From: an archaeon
GTDB taxonomy: Archaea > Iainarchaeota > Iainarchaeia > Iainarchaeales > 1-14-0-10-31-34
Assembly: GCA_024277355.1 (NCBI GenBank)
Contig: JAJRVL010000008.1
Span: 1 to 23,972, forward strand
Length of the DNA stretch: 23,972 nucleotides
Reading direction: 5' to 3'
Of the stretch, positions 6,711-14,799 are shown one piece after another. The position numbers were made by a program, and so were the translations under genes. How positions within the stretch are numbered: the stretch's first letter is position 1; each line of letters opens with the position of its first letter. Under the pieces are notes generated by a model. That model did not search any database. It was not told the DNA's origin and was given only the letters and a program-made list of their open reading frames with translations.

Positions 6711-9700
6711 ATGACAGAAGAAGAAAACGAAATTCAGGAAGAAACAGAACAGCCAAGGCCAATTACAGGCGAAAGAGTAAAAAAAACTATTGTAAAAGAA
6801 GATATTGATATTTTTGACGAAGTATTTGAAGGCAAAACAGAAAAACACACAGAAGAAGAAATAACTGAAAATAAAGTAATTGAAGAAACAGAAAAAACTG
6901 AAGAAAAAGAAAACAAAGAGGTAAAAGAAGAAAATAAATCAGAAAACAAAAAAGAAGAAATAAAAGAAACAGATAAACCAGAAAATGAATTAGAATTAAA
7001 TAAAACAGAAATTGAAGAAAAAGAAAACAAAGAAATTGAATTAAACAAAAAAGAAATAAAAGAAAAAACAGAAACAAAAACCTCAAAAAAAACAAAAAAT
7101 AAAGCAGGAAAAAAACAAGGAAAAAAGAAAAAAGAATATGAAAAAAAAGAATTAACTTTAAAAGAAAAAAAATTACTTAAACAAGCAGAACAAGATGAAT
7201 TAGAAGAAGAACTTCCTGAAAAAGAAGAAATAAAAAAAGAAATAGTAAAAAAAGCAAGAAAGTTTTCAGAAGAAGAATTTGATGATTATGATATTGACGG
7301 GTTTGACGAAGATGATGTTGAAGGAATAGAATATTATTCAGGTGAAGAAAAATTTACTTTAGGAAATGAAAATGAAAAAACAGAAATAAAAACTGCAATA
7401 ACTGGATTAGAATTAAATTTTTTAAAAAACGAAGAAACCGGAAATTCTTTTATTGGAAGAAAAAAAAGTGTTTTTGAAAAACACAAAGATAAAGCAGGAT
7501 TATTTATTGGAAGAGTAAATGAAGAAGAAAAAGACGGCGAAAATATTTTACTGGATTCATTAAATCCCCATGTAGTTTTTGTCTGCGGGGCAAGAGGTTC
7601 AGGAAAAAGTTATGTTTTAGGTGTTTTAGCTGAAGAACTTTCAATGAAAAACAAAGACGTAGGAATAATTGTAATTGATCCAATCGGAGTATTTTGGTCA
7701 ATGCGTTTTCCAAACAAAGAACTAAACGAAGTTTCAAGATTAAGCCAATGGGGTTTAATGCCTCAGGGATTAGATACAATAAAAGTTTTTATTCCTGATG
7801 GAATTAAATCTGAAGTTCCAAAATCAACTTATGATTCAACTTTTTCAATTAGGCCTTCACTGCTTACATCAGAAGACTGGTGTTTAACTTTTGGAATGGA
7901 AAGATTTGGTCCAAGCGGATTACTTTTAAGCAAAGTACTAAAAAAATTAGTACATGGGTTTAAAGCGGATGGAAAATACATTAAAGCCAAAAAAAATTTT
8001 TCTTTGCATGACATGATTTATTGTTTAGAAAAAGATGAAGAATTAAATTCAAGAGAAAGAGGATATAAACAGGATTCAATTAGAGCTTTGGTTTCAAGAT
8101 TTGAAGCAGCAAAAAGCTGGGGAATTTTTTCAGAAAAAGGAACTCCTTTAGGAGAATTAAGCAGAGCAAATCAATTAACTATTTTAGATACAAGTTTTTT
8201 AGAAGATGATGTAACTGCTTTGGTTATTGGAATAATTGCAAGAAGGCTTTTAGCTGCAAGAAAAATTTCAACAAGAAAAGAAGCAGCAAAAAAATTCAAG
8301 AAAACCATTGATGAACTCCTTGAAATGGATGTTCCTCCTACCTGGCTTTTTATTGATGAAGCACACACTTTAATTCCTTCAGGAAATGTTAAGACTCCTG
8401 CTACTTCAGCTTTAGTTGAATATGTAAAACAGGGAAGAAGACCTGGTTGTTCACTTGTTTTTGCAACACAACAGCCTTCAGCAATTGATACAAGAGTTTT
8501 AAGCCAGTTAGACATTTTAATTTCACACAAATTAGTTTTTGATGACGATATTAAAGCCATCTTTAAGAGAATTCCTTCAATTGTTCCTCCTAAATACAAA
8601 AAAACTGCTTTTATTAGAACTCTTTCAGTTGGAACTGCTTTAACTGCTGACAGAAGAGAAGAAACAACAAGAGCTTTTGTAATGAACATAAGACCTAGAA
8701 TGTCACAGCATGAAGGAAGAGATGCAGAAACATCAGAAGCAAAAGAAGACATAAATGAAGAAGAAGTAATGCAGATCGCAAGTGAAATGATTTGGCAAAA
8801 ATTAAGTGAAGAAGAATTATCAATGGAAAAAATAAATATGTTAGTTGATACTTTAAACGGAAAATATCAAAGCAAAGTAATGCTTTCAAGTGTCTTGGAT
8901 AATTTAGAAGAAAGAGGAGCAGTAATTGAAGCTGAAAGAGTTTATATTAAAGGAAAAGAAAAAATTGAAGTAGAGGAAGAAGAAATTGAAACAGCAGAAG
9001 AAAAATACGAAAAAGAAATTGAACAAGGATTAAAAGAACAGGAATTAAATAAAGGAAAAACTTCAGTGAATGAACCTGTTGTTTCAGTAAAAGAATTAAA
9101 TATTTCATTAAAAATAGATGAAGAAAACGCAAGAAAAATTGCAGAAAAAAACAGAAAAAAGAAAAAACTTGGCTTGTTTGGAAAAGAAGAAAGAGTTAAA
9201 GGAATTGTATTGAATTTTGAGCCGTTATATAAAATTAGTTTAAATGATTTTGATTTAAAAAGAGAATTTGTTTCAGTGGATTGTTTTGTTAATGCAATAA
9301 CAGGAGAATTAATTCATTTTAATGGAAAAGAATTTGTTGAATCAAAAGGATTAAACAAAGCAAACTCTTTGAATAAAGATGAATCATTTATGTTAAGGGA
9401 ATTAATGCAAAAAAAATCAGTTAAAGAAATACTTGAATTAAATCCGGAAATTACAGAAGAAAAATCAAAGAAAATTATTTTTTCTTTAGCAGAAAAAGAA
9501 TTCCTTTCAAAAGAAAAAAAAGACGGAAGAATACAGTATTCTTTAAATAAAAAAATTGATTTGCCTTTTACTCCAAGACATAAATTAATTTCTTCTGTTA
9601 ATAACTGCAGTTTTACTGAGTCAGCAGTAAATAATGCAGTAAAAGAAAAATATTCTTTTGAAGAAATAAATGAAATGATTAAAGGTTTTTGGTCTAATTC

Positions 9701-9812
9701 AGTAATCAAAAAAAGCCAGAAATTATTTAAGCCTGTTTATTATGTTACAATAGAAGAACAAGGAAAAGAAAGAATAATGAAAATTGACGGCGTAACAGGA
9801 AAAATAATTTAA
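6711..9812 (+). CDS. HerA/FtsK-superfamily P-loop ATPase (DUF87-like core) with ~250-aa charged N-terminal extension and ~350-aa C-terminal extension
   Basis: Walker A is HVVFVCGARGSGKSY (GARGSGKS at 7587-7610). Walker B is WLFIDEAHTLIP (8343-8366). HerA-type motifs are ILDTSFLEDDVTALVIGIIARRLL and GRRPGCSLVFATQQPSAIDTRVLSQLDILISHKL. Residues 40-185 of the N-terminus are E/K-rich low complexity, followed by an acidic patch EEEFDDYDIDGFDEDDVEGIEYY. Confidence 0.8.
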   Translation: MTEEENEIQEETEQPRPITGERVKKTIVKEDIDIFDEVFEGKTEKHTEEEITENKVIEETEKTEEKENKEVKEENKSENKKEEIKETDKPENELELNKTEIEEKENKEIELNKKEIKEKTETKTSKKTKNKAGKKQGKKKKEYEKKELTLKEKKLLKQAEQDELEEELPEKEEIKKEIVKKARKFSEEEFDDYDIDGFDEDDVEGIEYYSGEEKFTLGNENEKTEIKTAITGLELNFLKNEETGNSFIGRKKSVFEKHKDKAGLFIGRVNEEEKDGENILLDSLNPHVVFVCGARGSGKSYVLGVLAEELSMKNKDVGIIVIDPIGVFWSMRFPNKELNEVSRLSQWGLMPQGLDTIKVFIPDGIKSEVPKSTYDSTFSIRPSLLTSEDWCLTFGMERFGPSGLLLSKVLKKLVHGFKADGKYIKAKKNFSLHDMIYCLEKDEELNSRERGYKQDSIRALVSRFEAAKSWGIFSEKGTPLGELSRANQLTILDTSFLEDDVTALVIGIIARRLLAARKISTRKEAAKKFKKTIDELLEMDVPPTWLFIDEAHTLIPSGNVKTPATSALVEYVKQGRRPGCSLVFATQQPSAIDTRVLSQLDILISHKLVFDDDIKAIFKRIPSIVPPKYKKTAFIRTLSVGTALTADRREETTRAFVMNIRPRMSQHEGRDAETSEAKEDINEEEVMQIASEMIWQKLSEEELSMEKINMLVDTLNGKYQSKVMLSSVLDNLEERGAVIEAERVYIKGKEKIEVEEEEIETAEEKYEKEIEQGLKEQELNKGKTSVNEPVVSVKELNISLKIDEENARKIAEKNRKKKKLGLFGKEERVKGIVLNFEPLYKISLNDFDLKREFVSVDCFVNAITGELIHFNGKEFVESKGLNKANSLNKDESFMLRELMQKKSVKEILELNPEITEEKSKKIIFSLAEKEFLSKEKKDGRIQYSLNKKIDLPFTPRHKLISSVNNCSFTESAVNNAVKEKYSFEEINEMIKGFWSNSVIKKSQKLFKPVYYVTIEEQGKERIMKIDGVTGKII

Positions 9813-9814
9813 AA

Positions 9815-11488
9815 TTAAAAACCATTAATTACTGAAATAATTGTTTTAGCTAATTTATCTGAATCATGCCTTAAAAAGTCGGCTTTCTCCCATAAAATTC
9901 TTTTACCGCTTAACTCTTCAATTAAATCAGTTCTAATAATTTTTCCATTAAAATCAGTTAAATCATCTTTAACTAAAAACGCTTTTTCTTTTTCGTATGT
10001 TTTAAGAATTTTTTTTTCAGGAACAGTATTGTTAACTAAAACAAAATCAATGAAATTTAAGGAAAGAATTTTATTTAATTCATTTAAATAATCTGAAGCC
10101 TTAAAATCAGGGGTTTGGTCAGGCTGGGTTACAATATTTAATACAAAAACTTTTTTTGCTTTAGTTTTTTTTATTGCATTATTTAATTCTTTAACTAAAA
10201 GATTAGGAGTAATGCTAGTATAAAAACTTCCAGGACCTAAAACAACAATATCTGCTTCAAGAACTGAATTAACTGCTTCATTAAAAGCTTTAGGTTCAGG
10301 AGACAAAAACATTTTTTTTATTCCTGACTCAGAGGACCTTACATGAAATTCTCCTTTAATTATTTTTCCATTATTTAATTCAGCACATAAATTTACGTCA
10401 TCTAAAGTTGAAGGAAAAACTTTTCCTTTAATTGCTAAAATTTTTGATGCTTCTTTTAAAGCTAACTCAAAGCTTCCCTGCATTTTAGTTAAAGCTGCAA
10501 TAAATAAATTACCAAATGAATGGCCGTTTAATTCAGTTTTTCCTTCAAAACGATACTGAAATAAATCTTTTAATAATTCTTCTGAGTCGCTTAAAGCAAC
10601 TAAACAGTTTCTTATGTCTCCAGGAGGCAGTACTCCTAAATCAGTTCTTATTTTACCTGAACTTCTGCCTGAATCCATTACAGTTACAATAGCAGTTAAA
10701 TTTGCAGTATATTTTTTTAATCCATTTAATAAGATTGGAAGGCCTGTTCCTCCTCCTACTGCAACAATTTTTAAATTAGAATTATTATTTTTTGATTCTA
10801 ATGCATTAATTGCATTAATTAAATCTGAAATTAAATTAATTGAATAATCTGCTTCCTCTAAAATATTTTTTGGTTTAACTTTAGAAAATCTTCCATGAAG
10901 TAATCTGACTGAATTCATTCCTAATTTATTTGCAATTCTTATTTCTGAATGAATTCTATCTCCAACTGAAATAACTTCTTTTGGCTTTAATTTAAAGCGT
11001 TTTAATATTTCAATAAAAAATTCTTCTTTATCAGGACCAGTTTCAATGTCATGAACAAAAATTTCATCAACTAAATTCCTTAAACCTAATAAATCAATTT
11101 TTTTTTGTTGTCTTTTGTTTATTCCAGAAGTAACAATAATTCTTTTAATTTTTTTTTGTTTTAATTCTTTAAGTAATTCTTTTACTCCTTTAAATAAATA
11201 AATTTCTTCTACTTCTCCTGAATTATATGCTTCTAATGCTTTTTTTGTTATTTCATTTTTGTTTGTTTTTGCATAATTTAATGCAATTAATTCAAATACA
11301 TTTGAAGTTGGATTTAATTCATTTAATTTTTTTTGTTCTTCAATTAATTGTTTTTCAGTTAAATTAACTCCTGATTTAATCATTGCTTTTGCAGCACGTT
11401 TTCTTGCATTAGCAACAAGAAGTCCCGAACAATCAAACAAAGTGTCATCCAAATCAAAAATAACTGCTTTAATCATAATTTTATTCAC
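9815..11488 (-). CDS. fusion protein: N-terminal HAD-superfamily hydrolase + C-terminal YvcK/GlmR-CofD family (UPF0052) domain
   Basis: HAD motif I is VIFDLDDTLFD, motif II IIVTSG, motif IV VGDRIHSEI (aa 1-~230). The YvcK-type region is KIVAVGGGTGLPILLNGLKKY..LTAIVTVMDSGRSSGKIRTDLGVLPPGDIRNCLVALS (aa ~240-557). The start is GTG 11488, directly abutting the GNAT stop; an alternative ATG lies at 11476. Confidence 0.8.
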   Translation of the reverse strand: MNKIMIKAVIFDLDDTLFDCSGLLVANARKRAAKAMIKSGVNLTEKQLIEEQKKLNELNPTSNVFELIALNYAKTNKNEITKKALEAYNSGEVEEIYLFKGVKELLKELKQKKIKRIIVTSGINKRQQKKIDLLGLRNLVDEIFVHDIETGPDKEEFFIEILKRFKLKPKEVISVGDRIHSEIRIANKLGMNSVRLLHGRFSKVKPKNILEEADYSINLISDLINAINALESKNNNSNLKIVAVGGGTGLPILLNGLKKYTANLTAIVTVMDSGRSSGKIRTDLGVLPPGDIRNCLVALSDSEELLKDLFQYRFEGKTELNGHSFGNLFIAALTKMQGSFELALKEASKILAIKGKVFPSTLDDVNLCAELNNGKIIKGEFHVRSSESGIKKMFLSPEPKAFNEAVNSVLEADIVVLGPGSFYTSITPNLLVKELNNAIKKTKAKKVFVLNIVTQPDQTPDFKASDYLNELNKILSLNFIDFVLVNNTVPEKKILKTYEKEKAFLVKDDLTDFNGKIIRTDLIEELSGKRILWEKADFLRHDSDKLAKTIISVINGF

Positions 11489-11965
11489 TTAATCCAAAAA
11501 CTTCCTCATAACTAATTCATTTTTATTTTTATAATAATGATTTTTCAGTAAAGCATCTTTTTCTAATCCCATTTTTTCATAAAAAGAAACTGCAGTTTCA
11601 TTGTCTTCATGAGTAAACAAAAATAGTTTTCTTGCCTTTGAATTATTAGACAAATAAAATTCTTTTGCTTCTTTTTCCATGAAATCAAATAATTGTCTTG
11701 CAATTCCTTTTCCTCTTAAATCTTTTAAAACTGCAATTCTGTCTAATTCAAACAAACCGTGTTTAGGCAGACCTTTAACCTGCCATGAAATTAAACCAAT
11801 TAGTTTTTCATCTGAAACTGCAACCAAATAATTTAATCCTTTAATTATTTCATCTAAAAAAACTTTGGTTCCTTCTTTAGATGAATCAATATTATATGAT
11901 TCAAATAAAATGAGTCCTATTTGTTCTGCATCTTCTTTTATTGCTTTTCTTAAATTTAAATTCAC
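11489..11965 (-). CDS. GNAT-family N-acetyltransferase
   Basis: The protein is 158 aa. The acetyl-CoA binding motif A is IAVLKDLRGKGIARQLFDFMEKEA. The GTG start (11965-11963) overlaps the glmS TAG stop by 1 nt. Confidence 0.8.
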   Translation of the reverse strand: MNLNLRKAIKEDAEQIGLILFESYNIDSSKEGTKVFLDEIIKGLNYLVAVSDEKLIGLISWQVKGLPKHGLFELDRIAVLKDLRGKGIARQLFDFMEKEAKEFYLSNNSKARKLFLFTHEDNETAVSFYEKMGLEKDALLKNHYYKNKNELVMRKFLD

Positions 11966-13725
11966 TATTTCACCGTAACACTTTTAGCTAAATTTTTTGG
12001 TTTATCAGGATTTCTTTCAAGAAAAACTGCTGTATGAAATGCAAGTAATTGCAAAGGAATAATTGAAATTAAAGGAAACAATAATTCATTTACTTTTGGA
12101 AGCTTAATAAAAAAATCAAATTCATTATTGTTTTCATCACTTACTCCTATAATAAAAGCTCCTCTTGCTTTTGCTTGAATTGCATTATTTAATGTGTCAG
12201 AAAAAACTTTGTCTTTTGGAGCAATAACTACAACTGGAACATTATCTGAAATTAAAGCTAAAGGACCGTGTTTTAGGCTTCCTGCCTGAAATGCTTCAGC
12301 ATGAATATACGAAATTTCCTTTAATTTTAACGAAGCCTCTAATGCTACTCCATAATTTAAACTTCTTCCAATAAAAAAAACATCTTTAGAAGATTTAATT
12401 TTATGAGAAAGTTCTTTAACTGAATTTTTATTTAATTCAATTACTTCAGTCATTTTAAATGAAAGTTCATTTAATTCATTTAATGCTTTATTGAAGTTTC
12501 CTTTAACTGAATTTGCAAGCAAATAAAGCAGTGAAACCTGAGAAGTGAAAGCTTTAGTTGAAGCAACACCGATTTCTTCACCGCAATTTAAGTAAATTAC
12601 TTTGTCGCTTAATCTGGCTAAAGAAGAATTAAATACATTAACCATAGAAATAATTTTCAGGTTTTTCTTTTTTGCTTTTTTAACTGAATCCAATACATCA
12701 GCTGTTTCTCCGCTTTGAGACAAAGCAAAAATAACTGAATTTTCAGGAATAAAATCCAAAACATAAGGGAATTCAGATGCTTCAATTACCTGAGGGTTTA
12801 TTCCGGCAATTCTTGAAAAAAATTCTTTTCCAAATAATCCTGCATTAAAAGAAGTTCCATTTCCAATAAAAAAAAGATTTGAATCTTTAATTAAAGAAGA
12901 AATTTCATTAAAGTTTTTTTCTTCCTGACTTAAAACACTTTTCAAAACAAAAGGCTGTTCCATTATTTCTTTTAGCATAAAATGAGAATACTTTAATTTT
13001 CCTGAAGAAGTTATTTCAGATTCAACTTTAATTATTTCTCTTTTAATTTCATTCAAAGAAAAATCAAATACTTTAAAATTGTTTTTTTCAATTAAAGCAA
13101 TATCTCCGTCTTCTAAAAAAACAAATTGATTAGTAAAATTACTTAAAGGAATCTGATCTGAAGCCGCAAAAATTCCTTTTTCTGTTATTCCTAATAATAA
13201 AGGAGATTCATGTTTTACTGCAATTAATTTGTCTTTTTCTTTAGAAGAAAAAACCAATAAAGCAAAACTTCCTTTAAGCAAAGAAACTGATTCAGATACA
13301 GCATTAAAAAGACTTTTTCCTGAATTAACTTTTTCTTCAATTAATTTAAGTATTACTTCAGAGTCAGTTTCAGAAAAAAAGTTTTTGTCTGAAAGCTTTT
13401 CTTTTAACTCAGAAAAATTTTCTATTATGCCGTTATGAACTAAAGCAAGATCATTGTTAACTGAAACATGAGGATGAGCATTAACTTTGGAAATTTTTCC
13501 ATGAGTAGCCCATCTTGTATGACCTATAGCTAAAGAAGAATTAATTTTTTTTATTTTTTCAGGAATGCCGTTAATTTGTCCTGTTTGTTTAAAGAATTCA
13601 ATTTTGTTTTCAGACAAAAAAGCAGTTCCCCATGAATCATAGCCTCTGTATTCAAGTTTTTTTAAGGCATCAGTTATAACTGTTCCTTTAATTGTTTCCC
13701 CGATAAAGCCGATAATTCCGCACAT
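11965..13725 (-). CDS. glmS: glutamine--fructose-6-phosphate aminotransferase (isomerising)
   Basis: The start is trimmed to the ATG at 13725, giving MCGIIGFIG with the Ntn catalytic Cys2. Other motifs are GHTRWATHG and NGIIENF, tandem SIS-domain motifs (SQSGETADV, IGVASTKAF), and the C-terminal NLAKSVTVK. Confidence 0.92.
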   Translation of the reverse strand: MCGIIGFIGETIKGTVITDALKKLEYRGYDSWGTAFLSENKIEFFKQTGQINGIPEKIKKINSSLAIGHTRWATHGKISKVNAHPHVSVNNDLALVHNGIIENFSELKEKLSDKNFFSETDSEVILKLIEEKVNSGKSLFNAVSESVSLLKGSFALLVFSSKEKDKLIAVKHESPLLLGITEKGIFAASDQIPLSNFTNQFVFLEDGDIALIEKNNFKVFDFSLNEIKREIIKVESEITSSGKLKYSHFMLKEIMEQPFVLKSVLSQEEKNFNEISSLIKDSNLFFIGNGTSFNAGLFGKEFFSRIAGINPQVIEASEFPYVLDFIPENSVIFALSQSGETADVLDSVKKAKKKNLKIISMVNVFNSSLARLSDKVIYLNCGEEIGVASTKAFTSQVSLLYLLANSVKGNFNKALNELNELSFKMTEVIELNKNSVKELSHKIKSSKDVFFIGRSLNYGVALEASLKLKEISYIHAEAFQAGSLKHGPLALISDNVPVVVIAPKDKVFSDTLNNAIQAKARGAFIIGVSDENNNEFDFFIKLPKVNELLFPLISIIPLQLLAFHTAVFLERNPDKPKNLAKSVTVK

Positions 13726-13876
13726 CAAATAATAGTAAAAGTTAAACTTTAAAAAACCCGTAACACTCAAACAGCAGGCATTATAAAAAAAGTCAAAGAA
13801 GAAAAACAAAGGTTTAAAAACAAAAGCAAACTATTATTAATAAAAACATTATAACGTTATTAAAATATTAATATAA

Positions 13877-14791
13877 GTGATTTTTTTGGAAGAAAAAATT
13901 TTTGATGAACCCTTTAAGCTAAAGCCTTTGCTTTCAAAAACAGGATGGAAAATTTTCAGACTGCTGACTGAAAAAGCTTATTATCCTGCAGAAATAGCAA
14001 AAAAACTTAATTTACATGAACAAAAAGTCTATTATTACATTAAGCAGATGAAAAAAAATGATTTAATTGAAGTTGAAAAAACAGAAGAAAAATTCGGTGC
14101 ATTAGCTAAATACTTTAAAGCAAAATTTAATGTTGTTTCTCTTTCAGCAGGAAAAAAAACACAAAAAGATTTTGAGTTTTCTGGAACAGAAAAAAAAACA
14201 AAAAAAATTCAGGAATTATTTTTTCCTTTTATTGAGAAAGGGAAATTTAATGCAAAAGTTATTGTAGGGAGTCCTGACCCTCACGGAGAATTTAAAGCAA
14301 GAGCAAGAGATGCTTTTTTGGCTGCAGAATTAAGTGCTTTTTTTGGTGTTCTTTCAGGAAAAATCAGCTATCCAATGGTTTTTTTGGATACAGAATTAAA
14401 ATCAATTAAAAACGAGAATTCCAATTTAGTTATTATTGGAGGAATTTTAACTAATACTTTAACTAAAGAAATTAATTCAAAGCTTAACGCTCAGTTTATT
14501 CCTTTTGGCGGGCATTGGATAATTAAATCTAATGCTTCTAAAAAAGAATTTAATGAAGATGCAGTTGGTTTTATTGAAGTTTTAAGGCATCCTTTTTTTG
14601 CAAGAAAAAAAATCATGGTTATTGCAGGGAATAGAAATGCAGGAACTAAAGCAGCAATAATTGCATTAATAAGGCATTCAGATAAAGTGTTAAAAGCTAA
14701 TTCTTTTAATGAAAAAATTCAGTCAAAAATCGTTGAAGGAATTGATTTTGACGGAGACGGAATAATCGATGATGCTGAAATAAAAGAATAA
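13877..14791 (+). CDS. winged-HTH (ArsR/TrmB-like) protein with uncharacterised alpha/beta C-terminal domain and terminal EF-hand-type loop
   Basis: The N-terminal segment WKIFRLLTEKAYYPAEIAKKLNLHEQKVYYYIKQMKKNDLIEVEK resembles a wHTH. The C-terminal part contains VIVGSPDPHG, NLVIIGGILTN and IMVIAGNRNAGTKAA. The last 15 aa, DFDGDGIIDDAEIKE, match DxDxDGxIxxxE. The start is GTG at 13877 (alternative TTG at 13886). Confidence 0.55.
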   Translation: MIFLEEKIFDEPFKLKPLLSKTGWKIFRLLTEKAYYPAEIAKKLNLHEQKVYYYIKQMKKNDLIEVEKTEEKFGALAKYFKAKFNVVSLSAGKKTQKDFEFSGTEKKTKKIQELFFPFIEKGKFNAKVIVGSPDPHGEFKARARDAFLAAELSAFFGVLSGKISYPMVFLDTELKSIKNENSNLVIIGGILTNTLTKEINSKLNAQFIPFGGHWIIKSNASKKEFNEDAVGFIEVLRHPFFARKKIMVIAGNRNAGTKAAIIALIRHSDKVLKANSFNEKIQSKIVEGIDFDGDGIIDDAEIKE

Positions 14792-14799
14792 CTATTTCT

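Noticed and set aside
6633-6848. Long 5' extensions of track ORFs: 6024..6848, 11965..13809, 21498..22256, 20611..21468, 3104..3775 and 1461..3101.
   Set aside because: The extensions encode F/C/Y-rich nonsense, overlap neighbouring genes or promoters, and precede internal ATGs that give canonical N-termini (MCGIIG for GlmS, the lipobox signal MKKIILF..., MNKIKVFPS for Rpe).
6711-7300. The purine-rich, internally repetitive DNA at the 5' end of the HerA-like gene as a non-coding repeat array or CRISPR-like element.
   Set aside because: It sits in an uninterrupted reading frame continuous with the ATPase core. The repetition is explained by GAA/AAA/GAG codon reuse for an E/K-rich segment (for example the EKENKEIELNK variants). 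There is no repeat-spacer periodicity.
6734-9709. Eight antisense ORFs inside the HerA-like gene (6734..7048, 6787..7095, 7504..7779, 7829..8014, 8171..8752, 8695..8889, 8947..9132, 9314..9709), including a 193-aa one.
   Set aside because: All lie opposite a strongly motif-supported CDS. Their translations are low-complexity (F/L/S/C-rich) with no motifs. They are typical shadow ORFs of purine-rich E/K codons in an AT-rich genome.
13726-13876. A glmS ribozyme or riboswitch upstream of glmS.
   Set aside because: The spacer is only 151 bp, is shared with a divergent gene, and is almost entirely A/T. I could not find the conserved pseudoknotted GC-rich core. The ribozyme is a bacterial (mainly Firmicutes) element, and the context here is archaeal.
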